Numbered from the stretch's first letter, positions 24,650-38,919 are shown. The stretch: 64,000 nt of DNA from Selaginella moellendorffii (GCF_000143415.4 NW_003314261.1:5896653-5960652), one strand, 5' to 3'. Numbers and translations are program-made. Notes: generated by a model not told the origin, from the letters alone.

Positions 24650-26800
24650 TCATTTTTTGGATGATGGTACAAAACCAATTACATCATTAGATACATCTAG
24701 CACAAACCTCCCCACGGGTGGATGTTTTATCATTTGTGTCTTGACATGTGTCGAATCCTTTTTCCAGCTCGTAAGAATTGGTTCTTTAGAACCGTAAAGA
24801 TGATCAACTAAGTATGATGGAATGTTAACATCCCTGGTCGTATTTTCCACGTGTATCTTCCCCTTTAAAGTCATAAGCTGTTTCACTGGGCCAACATACT
24901 TGCACACAGCACACACTGCAGTGTCTTTAGATGTTCTTTGTGTCACTATTGTATCACATGAGCTGCAAATGGTATGGATAAAAATAGGACGCAGCCTATC
25001 TATCTCAAACCATCCTGGCACCTGTAATTGATTTGATGTCTGTTTTAGCATGTATTATATCTCATGTGGCTTACCCCATTACAACATATAGCAAGACTCC
25101 GGTATAAGGCTGTTAAAAAATGGTTCTTTGCTGGATCAAGTATGCATGTGACGATAGTCATTCCAGAGACATTCGCTCTTTTAAATACACCATCTCCTTG
25201 TAAGTTTATAAAGCACCAGCTAGGAGCAGTTTCCGAAAGGAATTCATTTAGCATCTCTCTGAATATATATATATTGCTTGCTAGGAATTTTACCTGGCAC
25301 AAGTAAAATTGGGATCTATCAGTAATAGAATAAGTAAGTAATTATTCTATTACAGTTAACGTGTCGCTGGAGTCTCCATTGTCTGCAACTGTGATCTCAG
25401 CAGTATTATGTGCTAGGCTGTTGACCTTAATCATGACAGCTTCAATAGATCCAATTGAATCACGTCCCCTATGCATGTTAGTAAACTCTGCTATGCTTAT
25501 TGTGGGCACAGACAGTCGCAACAAAGGAGGACTGTGCTGGAATTCTTCAACTATGGTTGTGTCCATGATCTTCAGAGTAAATCCCCATGTCCCCCTATCA
25601 TATTTTGGGACTGTGGGGATAACTTCAAAACCATACAACTTGAGCCATTTTCCTCTGGTAAATCCTGTGCATGTTTCTCTGCTACTTCGTGGAACATCCA
25701 TATAGTAATAGTTTCAGTGCCACCAAAGTCAGTCATGTCTACATGCAGTCGATTGCCTCCATGCACAAGGCCTCATTTGAGACCGTAGCTGTTGAGTGTA
25801 TACCCTGCAAACATTAACGTGCTTGCACTCTCGTCAATGCCAGTTATTTCAATTGCTGCTGAGATTTCCATATGTTGGAGTTGCTTGATGTTTGTAATTT
25901 GCTGTGTTTCCATAGAAGATAAAGCTACAAGATTTTATCAAGGTTAGTAATTCTACAGTTTGTTTTCTAAATTACCTTGACCAACCGAAACATTAGCTGT
26001 ATATGCAATGGAGTCTTCCCTGTGCGTTTCTTCATGAGGTGTTTCATCTTTGTTTGAAACATATTTCACATTTAATTATTCTTAGCTAAAACATAACATA
26101 CCTCCATCAGTAGCTAATGCTCTTGATTTCAGACAATCTAATTGTCATTAAAAAAACATAGAAAGTAAAAGAAATGTTTGGATGGACTTTAAAATAACTT
26201 TTTTTTTGCAATTTGTACCTTCATTAACAACGCTGGTGTCTTCCTGACATGGTTCTGTAACTTTGAAAAAAGAAAGATTGCAAGTGTTTAGAAAAAATAG
26301 TAAAGTCATTTTTTTTGCTTTGTAACCTTCATCGATGATGGCAGTATCTGCCTTTTTTGATTCCGATTGGTCTGTAGGAATTTAAAAACTTTTAGGAAAA
26401 CAAAAAAATGAAAATTGTGTAATATTGTTATACCTTTTCCTTGCATATTCTCAATTTCCATCTCACATGCTTTGTGTTTTCTTCTTTGAACCTCAGCTGT
26501 GCATTCTTCAATGCAATCCCTGGAAATTCAGACAAACTAATAACGAAAATACCTTCTTCAACATCATTTATCGGAGGAATTGTGGTCAATGTGTCTTTAA
26601 GCCTCTTTCGATTGCTCTCTCTTGGTGCCTTTGAAGGTCCAAGCACTTTAAAAATAGCTTTGGAAATGTGTGTACAAACCAAGAGTGTCTCTTTCCATCT
26701 CTTTATCGTTACCTGACCTAAAAATAAATCCCCTCTTTTAAAATTAATAATATTTGGACAAATGTGAAAGGTATCTAGAGAGGGCAATTCATTAGACGAT
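24650..26800 (-). pseudogene. Second OB-fold/zinc-ribbon protein gene (RPA-like architecture), disrupted
   Basis: DMTDFGGTETITIWMF, GKWLKLYGFEV, ITVADNG, CSSC..CAVC; TGA at 25773-25775 and a frameshift near 25670. Confidence 0.5.
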
Positions 26801-27849
26801 CAACAAATGAGTTCAGCAATTGTTATCTAGGTGGATCACTCGGATGAAAGGAAGGATATTGTATTTTATGGCTGAGATACACTATAATGAGGTATATGGT
26901 CAATACTTTGGCCCGAACTAAATGTATACTTTGGCTGAATATTGTATTTTATGGGTGAGCATTGTATACATCGGCCCAGTTTGCAGCGTTGCCAATTGGC
27001 CGCTTCATGGCTGCACTATTGCCCACCAGGGTCTACTACACGGGCTCAGGGTTTTTCACTCAATCCAGGGCTCTTCATCAAGAAGGAGCGTCTTCATCAC
27101 CATCTTCACCAATGTTGGCTCTGCAGTTGGGAATGGTGGTGTTTGTGTGGTCTTCATCATCATACCATAACTTTCTACAGGATGAAGTTCCATTTCTACA
27201 ATGAGCTCTTGCTGGTGATCACCACTCAGGTAAGAAAACAAGCTTTTCTTGCTTGCTTTCCTTTGAAGTGTTTTGGTCGAAGTCAACTTGGATGGGCTGG
27301 TCTTTTGCGAAAGAATCTGGTGGAGCTACTATCTCGCGTGATTATATCATGAATACTATCTTGCGTGTTCGACAGGACTTTGCATGACAAGGTAAGCGTT
27401 AAGGACCTGTCAAGGATCTAGTTCTTCCTCTCCTTTGTCTTTGCGTACTACGCACTCCCATGCTACTTCCTCAGCATTCTCTCCTCCATCCCTGGGTTTG
27501 CTGGGCCTTCTCCATCTCGGTCCTGGCACAGCATCTCAGGTTGGGCTTCCAGAAGCTTGGCCTCGACTGGGATCTGCATAGAAATCCTCTTGTCCTCTAT
27601 TCTTCATCATTGCAAACGTCATCATGGGCTACATCCTCATTGCTTACATAATGTTGTCAGCTTACTAATGGACCAACTTCTACAATGCCAAGAAGTTTTC
27701 AAACTTCTCTAGCTACCTGTTTACGTCTAAGGGCCAGTTCTACGACATACACATGGACATGGAATTTTTTGAGTCTGTAGTTATTTGAACAAAGATCATG
27801 GTTTCTATCCATTGTCTCAATAAAGTGATTTTGACTTCAGAATTATGCT

Positions 27850-28630
27850 TTTACATCAGCTTTCCTTTCAAAGCTATTTCTAAGAGTTCCATGGCATCTT
27901 TAAATGGATTGTAGTCGAAAATTACTTCAGCATGATTTGGATCAATTTGCATCGCTATTCCTTCTAGTCGAATTGGATGCCATTCTCTAGGATTTATTTT
28001 CTGATGTAAATCCGTTAGTCTCTCTAGGAGCTTTTCCGACATGTTTCGATTCATGCGGCAACAAGTCTTAATGGGGACTCCAAAACCATAGTGCAGTGTG
28101 GTGAAGGTGTACTGCGTTATACCGTTGGTTTTTGTTGTATAGATCCTCTGGATCTCATTTTTCTTTGGAAGCTCATTTCTTTTTCTAACTCTTTTGCTGC
28201 TTAATTTTTCAGCTATGACAACCGCCAGGCCTGTGAAGTTAGTTGCCAGTTTCGGAATTCAATAAATGTTAATGTTCAATAATTACCTGAAGCGACATCT
28301 TCATTTCTATGGAACTTGCGGAAACGTCAAATTTTTCTTTCATATTCATCTATGAGCCTAGAACAGCCTTGTCTTGTGTCAAAACCATAAATATAATCTT
28401 CCGGTGCGCATCCCATGACGTTTAGATATCTAACCTGTTTATCATTAGGATAGAACCTACAGAAAAGAGAACAATATGAATCATACATCAAAGTATAATA
28501 TCACACCTTTGGTTTATTTTTGTGTCACGATTCCATTTTCGTTCTTTTGCCTTGTCATTCAAACTTTTCAATGCTTCTTCCCATTTTTCATCTTCCCCCA
28601 TTTGTATCTCTTGTGCTTCACTCATGTTGC
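27850..28630 (-). pseudogene. Multi-exon gene remnant of unknown family
   Basis: Exon-like frames bounded by GT-AG (GEDEKWEEALKSLNDK; RYLNVMGCAPEDYIYGF; NRNMSEKLLERL) with stops. Confidence 0.3.
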
Positions 28631-30036
28631 CGGTATGACCTAGATATGTAAGTACATGTCTTTTCATTTTTCTTACTTATGACACGTCATCTGCTGCATA
28701 CGTTACAGTTTGGACAGTGTATGTTTAAGTTTTGGACGTTGTCTAAAGTCGTAAAGTTATCATCAACATGATTGAAGCTTTGCAATTTTTTTTTACAGAT
28801 GAATGGTCTTGTTTGGATGCTTTACATTCTTTGATCGGAATATGGTGGTTCTGGTATATAGCAGATTCTTATATATCAATGTTTCTGTAATGACATATTG
28901 TTCTTAAAAGGCTGGTATTCGTAGTAGATTTCTTGCAAGCTCTGGTGAGAGTAGTGAGCTTTGTTACAATAAAAAGATGTAGATGTTCGCCTGTTGTGGC
29001 ATAGCAGTTTTTAGGTTTCTGCTAGCTCAGTTCTTAATTAATATAGTAGTACATGTTTTATACATTTTAATTAATAAATATTTATGTTAATTATTTAATA
29101 TTTGAATCTATATTCGTCATACCTAACACTAGTTGCTCAATCAAATTTTATTTGGCCTTTTCTGTTCCCATCCTCAATGTTCTTCATGATCTTTCATGCT
29201 ATAAATAGGTATATATATTTATTAAATATAAATATATGCTTGTTTATAGGATGATTAATTCCACATATACTTGCTATAAGGAACATGATGTTAACATTAA
29301 CATATTTAGACGTAAAATAAGGGTTAAAAATAATTAAACGTAGACTAAGGTTTTAAAACACATCTCCTAGGATACATCACCACTATTTGGTGGTAATACT
29401 CCTACCTGCTTCGGTGATAGCGCTCTATTGCATGTAATTATGCTACAGTGCATTGTCAAGCGAGCCGTGAGACTACAATTGAATCGGAGTGCCCACGCTC
29501 ATCATGGGAATGNNNNNNNNNNNNNNNNNNNNNNNNNNNNNNNNNNNNNNNNNNNNNNNNNNNNNNNNNNNNNNNNNNNNNNNNNNNNNNNNNNNNNNNN
29601 NNNNNNNNNNNNNNNNNNNNNNNNNNNNNNNNNNNNNNNNNNNNNNNNNNNNNNNNNNNNNNNNNNNNNNNNNNNNNNNNNNNNNNNNNNNNNNNNNNNN
29701 NNNNNNNNNNNNNNNNNNNNNNNNNNNNNNNNNNNNNNNNNNNNNNNNNNNNNNNNNNNNNNNNNNNNNNNNNNNNNNNNNNNNNNNNNNNNNNNNNNNN
29801 NNNNNNNNNNNNNNNNNNNNNNNNNNNNNNNNNNNNNNNNNNNNNNNNNNNNNNNNNNNNNNNNNNNNNNNNNNNNNNNNNNNNNNNNNNNNNNNNNNNN
29901 ATTTTGTTGCTCATAGCTTCACTCATTTTTTCAGCGCTGTTATATACATATCACATGGGCTGTTCCTTCATTTCCCTTTTTTATCTTATAAAAAACATAA
30001 GCATGAAGCATCACTTGTTTCTTTTTTCCTATGAAT

Positions 30037-30306
30037 CTACAGTGGTGTTCTGCTTCCAGGGTCTTTATCAATTTTTTGCACTGAAGCAGTGAGATCTCCA
30101 TCTTTATCTATGTTTATAGTGCATATGTCTCCGATTTCACTTCCATGATTCTTTAAGAATATCTGCCAGTTTGTATCGGTCTCAAATATATTGTCGTTTT
30201 TTGTACCAGAGCACAGTTTGAACATGAATTCAGATGTTTCATCGAACACACAGATAATGTTTTGATTGTTGCAGCGGAAACAGTCTTCCATAGTTTTTCT
30301 TGTCAA
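30037..30306 (-). pseudogene. B3 DNA-binding-domain-like fragment
   Basis: NWQIFLKNHGSEIGDICTI resembles the B3 GWxxFvxxnxLxxGDxcxF motif. Confidence 0.5.
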
Positions 30307-30467
30307 TTCATTTGGAAACTGCTAGTGGTTTTCAAATATTTTTTCTACAAATTATAAAATACAACACGCATACATACTGTCAACCAAACACCTTTGCAGA
30401 AGTGGAAAGGACGAAGAATGAATGAAAAATTCATTCTATTTGACCTAAACCTAACTACCAGTTTCAC

Positions 30468-31760
30468 ATGGAAAAGAACTTTGTTCCCCCCAATCTACCC
30501 AGAGATGTAGTTTTCAGAATTGCAGAAAGCAATGGCTTTTGTAGCGCAGTTTTTTCATGTGTAGCTAAAGAATTTTACATGGAATTTCAAAGTGATAGAA
30601 TTTGGCAATTGCATTGTGAACAGGATTTTTCTGTCTACATGTGTACAGATTACGAAGGTAGACGCTGCAGAACGTACAAGGTTTGTATTTTCACTGATTT
30701 GCTTAAAACAAATGTCAAACTTTGCTACAGGAAACTTACAAGAGTTGGTTCAATGTGTTCAAACGCTACAATTATAATATTACCTCTGTAACCAGAAAGT
30801 TGTGCCTTAAAATACGAAACTTCCTCAGATTTAAAGGTTTTGAGTACATGTCAACCAAAGGTTTACCAAATAACGTCATAAATGAAGCGAAGGCAATTTT
30901 GAATGTCAACCTTCCAAATTCTTTAAGATGTCTACTGCTTTCTATGGATGGTCAGCCTGAAAATTGTATCATCAGTGGTTTACAGCATCAAGAATACAGA
31001 GGTTTTATTGGTACTTATTGGACCTGCAATACATTTATATGCTCGAAATTACTTTCACTCCGAGAGATTTGCTCGTTCACCATAGACTTGAGATTATCTG
31101 TGCCTTGTTTCCCTGCTAACTTGGTATCATTTGGTTGCTTGTTGGATGCTTCAAAAATTTACTTTATAAATGTTCATTCAGGTAATGTAGACTGAACGTT
31201 AAAGACGTCTCATTAGTAATTGGCTGAACAGGTGATATTTTCATAACTTCAAAAGATTTCAGACTCAATTCTGAAGTTATGTTGTGTACACCTATATCTG
31301 TTCGTGGTGAGATGTCACTCATTTGCTGGCTTGCAAAGCTTTCATCTAATCTGCATACTGGAAAATCTCGTTTAATTCAAAACCCCATTAAAGCTATATT
31401 TCAAGGTGGTTTGGCAGCAAATAGACTGTATCATGTAAGGCTTTACCAGTTTGTTCTTTGCGAATTCATTGTGTCTATGTCCTTTAGCATGGTTGTGTAC
31501 CAATACCGGAGTTGTCATCCTTTGCCAGTGATGAGTTTACATATGTAGCATTTATATGCATAGATTCAGAATACCTCTCACTGTACAACAACATATACCT
31601 TTGTGCATCACACAAGTCAAAAAGTAATGTCAATGATACTCTTTTGCACAAATTTAGCATATGGTTTGGTTCTCAAGAGGTAAGAATCTTTACTTGGTAT
31701 TATATAGATGATAAATTAGTGTACAGGAGTATTGCTATGATGGAAGAACATATGGTGTCA
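30468..31760 (+). pseudogene. Divergent SKIP16-like F-box + SMI1/KNR4 gene (intactness uncertain)
   Basis: NLPRDVV..SCVAK..SDRIWQLHCEQDF..DYEGRRCRTYK/ETYKSW; LNVNLPNSLRCLLLSMDGQ; GFIGTY..KLLSL. Confidence 0.65.
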
Positions 31761-33183
31761 TGACTAAAACATTTACATTGAAAGTTCCACTATGCACTGT
31801 GTGGGTTGCATGCAAGTCGAAATCAGAAACTTTGACTAAATCCCTGGATGTATCTTTTTTGGATTATATGTTTTAAAGCAGTTACATTATCGTCTCATAA
31901 TATTATATTCGCTTTGATACTCCTCTCCCATTTAGTATTGTCTCTCTTTGACCTAAAATGGAACAGAAGGCCCATAAATGTCCTTTTGGCAGCTCTGTTT
32001 GCACGAGATATGAGGATTGCTTGCTCTGTGGATTCCAGAATTGCGCAAAGTCATATAAGATTTGTAATTCATTCAAGCGATGTGAATATTGTTTGTTTAA
32101 AAAAGCTGTTCTGAAATTTCAAGATCAGCATGAAGTCCAAGAGAAAGATGCTTTGAAGGAAGTTTCAAAAGCTTGGAATTCGTAACTAAAAATTTGCAAG
32201 TATCATGTAATCACCAAAGTCATCAAACCATGCTCATTGGCTTTGGCAACTAATTCATTTTATGTTCTGGCTTTTTCTTGGGGACGATTTACCAACTACT
32301 ACATCTATTTGACATTTCTTCCCAACTACATCACATTTTTCTAGAGTTTTGTCTGTGGCATTTGATTGTTACCTGTCCAACACCTCGATTTGATGGTGAG
32401 TAACCTTTACCTTGCAATAGACTGTAGTGATTGGACATTGGCTCCTATGGCAAACCACCCCAATTTGAGCTGTTAGTAGTTTCTGTCACAACAAATAAAT
32501 CTGTAGCATGTGGATTTGCTCAGACAACTATCAACCATGTGAGTAGTGCAAATATGGTTTCTAGGAGGCAATTTGTTTTTTTCAGTTTCTCCTTCGGTGA
32601 CCATTCTTTGGGCAACTCTGCTGGAATAGCTTTTAAGGAAGTTGGAGATAAGGGTGCTCGAAATCAAGCAAATTTACAGTTACAAAGTCGTTAATATCCT
32701 TATACCCATGATTTTCAAGACAGTCAATACAGAAAGGAAACCTGTAGTTCAAACAATGGATTTCGATTAAGCATGGTTTCTACAAAAACTGGCAGAACGA
32801 AATTTTGTTTGTGGCCGGATTTGGCTATCACACACTGCCTTAACATAACAGCATGGGAATTCTAAGGTGTTATTTCTAGCCTCTCTAGACAATTACATTT
32901 CTTTGTGATTAAATCGATTTGATTTAAATATTATACATTTGTTTTTTATTTTAGGAGTCACTTTTTTTTCGTTTTGGCAACCATTCCAAGTTATCTCTTT
33001 ATTTAATAAATTATTTATTTTAGTTTTACTTATGTGTGAATCACTATTCTAGGATAAATGCAATTGTGTATGTGTATCACTAATATGTTTGAATTTGTAG
33101 ACAGAAAATTAAGTTTTTTTGATAAATTTTAATTTAGAATTTTTAAGTTCACATTTAATAATTTGTTGTTTAGTGTTGAAAAT

Positions 33184-33830
33184 CTATAAAATTTCCTTGT
33201 AGACTACATTCTTTGTGTATGTAATTTGTTGTCTCTTTTTAAGTTTACCTTGGTTCTTACATTCTTCTACACATATAACTATTCGGTCTTTAGAGGTACA
33301 TTGTGATAGTGCAACATATAATTGCCCATGTCCAAAAACAGAACGTGGTAAAAAGATTCCAACATTATTTAAAGTTTGGCCTTGTGATTTGCATATTGTA
33401 ATTGAGAATGCAAGTCTCAAAGGAAATTGTCGCTTTTTAATACAAATGGCATGTCACCATCTGTAGGTTTTAGTATGATTCTTGGTAGTAAGACCTTTTT
33501 TCCTTCTCTATCTCCATGTAATATTTTTGCTTCTATTATATTTTGTAATGCTGATGTAATCATTAACTTAGTACCATTACATAAACCTTTTTTTACATTA
33601 AGATTTCGTAGAAGCATCACAATGCTTCCAATTTTTATATTTAAGTTATGCAGAGGCATCCCAGATGGTGTTATGAAATTAAGATATTCTACTGGGTAGT
33701 CTAGTATTTCTTCAAAAGAATCACTATCAATTGTATCTACACTTTTAAAAGAAAATAGTCTTCCTGACATCTTTGTTAGAACTTATTCATTTATATCTAA
33801 CGAATGATCATTCAATGTCGTTAAGGATTG
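33184..33830 (-). mobile_element. Helitron PIF1-like helicase C-terminal remnant, frameshifted near 33430
   Basis: PSGMPLHNLNIKIGSIVMLLRNLNVKKGLCNGT; RLAFSITICKSQGQTL..VFGHGQLYVALS; TKNVVYKEIL. Confidence 0.92.
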
Positions 33831-34832
33831 AATGTGTCCTCTAGGATTGATGTTGGCATGGACATTTTTGCTGTGTCATCGAGCTCACAAGGTATGTGTG
33901 CCTTTACATTCTCAGCTCCTTTTATTTGCTCACTTTGTGTATGTTCCAGAGAGAAAGATGACAAGTCATGTTTTTCTCGATCAAATGAGTGAGGTAAGAG
34001 AGGTCTCTTCCCTTTTGTGCCACTGTAAACTACACATCCAGTCTTGTGATTATTTTTTGCAAACTGCTGTGGCATTCAAGCTATTGGCTCACAATCAATA
34101 CAACTATTCTTTTTATTGTTATTGACTCTGATATCTTTGTGGCACTTTTCTTTCTCATTGATGTGGATCACTTACTAATGCTTGATGTTTGTGTAGGAAA
34201 AAAGATGGATCAGAAAATGAAGATGTGAACATGTGAAAATGAAGTAATCTCAGCACATAATAGTAAGGATTGCAGGTTTAGTCAACCTTAAACTCATGAC
34301 ACTGTGTCCAGGTAATTTACAGTAAAGTAGAATATGTCGAATTTTAGAAAAAGTAGTTGTTCTTATTTCCAATGAATGAGCTTTTGGAGGTGCTTGTGTG
34401 TTTTACAGCCTGTTTTTCCTATTGCAGGTCTCCCTTCTTATTCCCGGGAGTGGCAGAAAGGCTGGGATTTATTTATTTTGGTTCTTTTGATTGGAAACTA
34501 CTGAGATTCAGTGTTGAGGTCTATAATGAAAGGCAGAGAATTTATGGTTGCCATATTCTTGCAGTGACCTGGATGGGATACAATCCTGAAATTTTGTGTT
34601 TTATTACTTTTTTTTTTTTACAGTTTTGGAGCAGATCAAAATATCCAGTATTTGCTTGAAATTCCCAACGGGGAGTGCACTGCCAATACAGCAGTGGTGC
34701 TCTCGAGTTATTGTCACTGGAGCCACTGATATGAACGTGACTGGCTGCTCAATTAATCAGACGCCATAGTTGAGTGCCAATGCCCTACCATTATGGGTTC
34801 TTCCTCCTCCAAGTTGTTCACTGGAAAGCAAC

Positions 34833-35025
34833 ATGGCAGTGACTTCTTTGTCGACATTATCGAGATGTTTAAACAAGTGGTACTATGAGCCGGTGCTCAA
34901 GCCGGGACAGCCTCCATTTCCACCAGGCCCGCTTGGATGGCCCTTCTTTATCAACATAGCTGCTTTTCTCAGAGCCTTCAAGTCTGGATTACCATACTCT
35001 TTCATGAGTCACTTCTTGGTTTCAG
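34833..35025 (+). pseudogene. Cytochrome P450 N-terminal fragment, CYP88 (KAO)-like
   Basis: NKWYYEPVLKPGQPPFPPGPLGWPFFINIAAFLRAFKSGLPYSFMSHF; no downstream P450 motifs. Confidence 0.7.
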
Positions 35026-35372
35026 GTATAATCAAGTGGGTTTTACAAGGCATTTCTGTTCTAGCAGCCCACCGTCCTGGTTGCCACACCAGAGGCATGA
35101 AAATTCGTGCTCTCCAAAGACAGCCCTCTGTTACTCGCTCCTGTGCAACAGAAACCACGTTAGCATCAGAGATCAAGAGAAATCCGGGAGAAATCCGTGA
35201 CAGGGTAAGAAATCTGGGAGCATCAGCCAGTGGGGAAGTTGTCACAGAGCTGGAGATCGTGTTCTTCAGACTGTCTGCCATTGACCTGTGCGTGTGTTGT
35301 GAATGGCGATAAACAATCAACGATCCAGCCTTTTGCAAAGGGTACGCACACTCCCGCCACTGCGTTCACCAC

Positions 35373-35378
<6 letters not shown>

Positions 35379-35437
<59 letters not shown>
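35379..35437. repeat. (GA)n microsatellite
   Basis: Direct reading. Confidence 0.95.
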
Positions 35438-35439
<2 letters not shown>

Positions 35440-35659
35440 CACAATCTGCTCGATCGCCCTAAAAGATTCACTTGATTTGGAGGGTCATCAAATTCAAATT
35501 TGAAAAGTTGCCACCCCTTGGAACTTTGATCTATGCCATCTATTTTAAGTTTTTGAATTTGAACCGTTAGATTATAAGTATATTCAGAAATAATATTCTA
35601 AAAATGGAATAAAAGACGCCAGATGCCATATGCCAATAGCACGTTTAAATAAGGGAGTA

Positions 35660-37820
35660 CTAGCAAAAGTCCCAGCTACGCTGGGAGCATTGTGTTTATT
35701 TCTGATATTTTAATAATTTCAAAGAGTTGTAAGCGTATTTGTAATTTTTAACATAATCATAATTATAAGATATATAGTCAAACATAACATAATATTTATA
35801 TTAAAAATATCTTCAACAATTGACTCCATCACCAACAAACATCATAACATAATAAATATAACTCAGTACATTATATTATATTTAAAATTCTGATTGTTGA
35901 CTGAAGTCTTGGATATTCTATAAATGGAATTTCTCACTGTGGGATCCCATGGCCAGATGAGTCATTTTTATTAACTAATTTTTTCTTTTATTTGAAATCT
36001 CTATATAATTGATAAAAATCTTATTATTTGATGATTTATTAAACTATATAATTTCTCCTCTTAATAAAGTATGTGTTACTTAGGTACACTCAATTATAAT
36101 TATGTTAAAAATATATTTAATATATATTTAAAAACTAACTTAAAGTGCATACAACTTTTAAATTTAAAATAATATAAACATTGTTATGGAGTTTCTCTTT
36201 TCATCATTTGAGACTGAAAGTTTTGGAATTGCATAATAATAAGTGAAAGACGTTAGCTTTATGTGTTATATTTTCTTTAAAAAACTTTTAATATTTTACA
36301 TATTTATCATTGATACTCCCTTTTTACATAATATTTATATTCATGCATTTTGAGAGTAATATTTAAAATAGAAAGTATTCTATTATATATCATAAACATT
36401 AATTCTGTATTTAGTTTTATAAATCTAAAATAATATTATTATTTATTTATATTCATGCTTTTATATTTAAAATTAAGGCTTTATAACACTGTCATGAATG
36501 CTGAAACTTTATGATGTTAAATGAATGGTAATGTTTTACTCTATACTGGGGTAGAGTAGGGTTTGATGATATATAATCTTGTCTTTATGCTAGAGCTATA
36601 ATATATCAGAAAATTCATGAATGGTATATAGATAGGTTTAATATCATATAATTAAAATTCTGTATATGGTCCATGTACTAATGTTGTCTCAATCATATTT
36701 ATACCTTATTATGTTTTTCATGTATAAATGCAATGTAGGATAAAGTGGTAGAAAATTTATGATATTATATAAAACTTAGACTACATCTTAGCCAACCATA
36801 AGTTTACTAATAAGAAAATATTTTACACAACAAATATCTAGAACTATTAACTCCTCTATTTTAAGTTAAAAAAATCATATTTTTATAGAAATTACTTTTT
36901 TTATATTCTAATTTAGATACTTTTTTTCTTTTATTATATTTAGTACTTTTAAAAATTTATTTAAAAATATTCCTTAAAATTACATTATATTTTTTTCAGA
37001 ATTATTTTTTCCATATTTGTATTCGATATCCTGTCCCTTCATAATATTTACATTTATGTTTTTTAGAAGTACTATCTAAAGGTAAAGGTATTATATTTTA
37101 TATCATTAAGCTTTTTTGTGTATATGTTTTTATATAGAGAGAATGCTAAAATGAATTAAGATTTTTACCTTTATGTTTAATTTATTTTTATATAAATTTA
37201 CATTGAGGCTAAAATCTTTCAATGAAAGTTATGTTTTTATCCTGATATTATGGTATTGATGATTCATAATATTTTTTTTTTCCTAAAACCATAACATATC
37301 AGAAAATGAAAAAAGGTCCATTGATTGCTTTATTAAAAATAAAATTTTAAGTGATGAGGAATCACATTTTTTAAGATGGTAGCCTTTTGTATTTGTCTAA
37401 TATCTCAATGATATTTTATGTATCTGTTTTCCATGTATCAATGCAAAAATTATTAGTGAAAATAACAGACTTATTACACATTCATCAATGAATCTACTCA
37501 TATTGAGTTGTCTATTAGCTTAGATATAGTGTCATATTTGTGCAATATCATAAAGTTAAAAATCATAAGATTATGATAAAAGTATAACTTATTTACAAGA
37601 TATAATAGCTGGAGCTATTCAACTCTTCTATTTTAAATTATAAAATATATCATTTCTATAGTCACTACTTAATTTACTTTTAACTTTATAGTATATCTTT
37701 TATTGTGTGTACTATATACCATCTTTTAAACAAAATTATGTTTAATTTTAATAATGTAGCATTGAATTAATCAGATACTCTTTGTTCTATGCTTAGAGTT
37801 GGTAGCTGCATCGGAAGATA
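35660..37820 (-). mobile_element. Second Helitron: 3' end and AT-rich non-coding body running into the N-gap
   Basis: Minus strand tcccagc-gta-gctggga (perfect hairpin 35670-35686) then cttttg-CTAG|t at 35660. Confidence 0.7.
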
Positions 37821-38870
37821 AGANNNNNNNNNNNNNNNNNNNNNNNNNNNNNNNNNNNNNNNNNNNNNNNNNNNNNNNNNNNNNNNNNNNNNNNNNNNNN
37901 NNNNNNNNNNNNNNNNNNNNNNNNNNNNNNNNNNNNNNNNNNNNNNNNNNNNNNNNNNNNNNNNNNNNNNNNNNNNNNNNNNNNNNNNNNNNNNNNNNNN
38001 NNNNNNNNNNNNNNNNNNNNNNNNNNNNNNNNNNNNNNNNNNNNNNNNNNNNNNNNNNNNNNNNNNNNNNNNNNNNNNNNNNNNNNNNNNNNNNNNNNNN
38101 NNNNNNNNNNNNNNNNNNNNNNNNNNNNNNNNNNNNNNNNNNNNNNNNNNNNNNNNNNNNNNNNNNNNNNNNNNNNNNNNNNNNNNNNNNNNNNNNNNNN
38201 NNNNNNNNNNNNNNNNNNNNNNNNNNNNNNNNNNNNNNNNNNNNNNNNNNNNNNNNNNNNNNNNNNNTCGTCACATTTCTGAGCAGAGCACGTCGATCTA
38301 CCAAATGCACCTGCGCAGGCGGATGCCGGCAGATTTGTTCCCCGCGTAAGTCTGGAAGGCATCAAGCCTGTTCTCGCTGATCATCGAGCACAACTATGGC
38401 GACATAGAGAAAGCTGTGAGCCTCTCAAACCTTTGCAAACAGAGAAACAAACAGAGAGAGAGAGAGTGCCTTCCTGCAAGCGGTGATCAACGCTCTCTCC
38501 TCATGCTCACGCGCCCTAAAGAGAATTGAAATTTTTTATGATCCCAAAAGTCACGGCTCTCCATTGTTTAATCTCAGCCGTTAGATTTTGGCATATGCCC
38601 AGAATAAGTGTTGCCAGTATATGCTATTATTATACTGGCTCTTTCATTTAAATATATGAGTATGATGATATAACAAAAACAGAAAGATCCCAGCCATTGA
38701 TACATTTTACCAACCCTAAATCCCAGCCATGGAATATTTTTCGAATAGTCTTGTGGAAGTTAGTCATGTGATTCAAGGACATAAGGATTTATGATTGTCG
38801 GTCCACCATCCACTATTGTTGCTTTGTTTGAATTGCTTGGAAATTGTGCTGGGTAGCTTCACGCTACCTG

Positions 38871-38919
38871 GCAAGAGACTGGTTTGTATCCAAAAAATCC
38901 AGCAGCAGCACGCGACTTG
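38871..38919 (+). pseudogene. Fragment of DUF1853 exon 2
   Basis: gcaagagactggtttgtatccaaaaaatccagcagcagcacgcgacttg matches 6701-6749. Confidence 0.75.

Larger units (their letters stand above)
14881..33830 (-). mobile_element. Large decayed Helitron (or stacked Helitrons) with captured host-gene fragments; 5' end not located
   Basis: 3' terminus, RPA70-like gene, second OB-fold gene and PIF1 helicase remnant are all on the minus strand in canonical order; two N-gaps inside make continuity uncertain. Confidence 0.6.

Noticed and set aside
29428-30092. ORFs spanning N-runs (also 1027-1262, 17473-17712, 37771-38380)
   Set aside because: Assembly-gap artefacts
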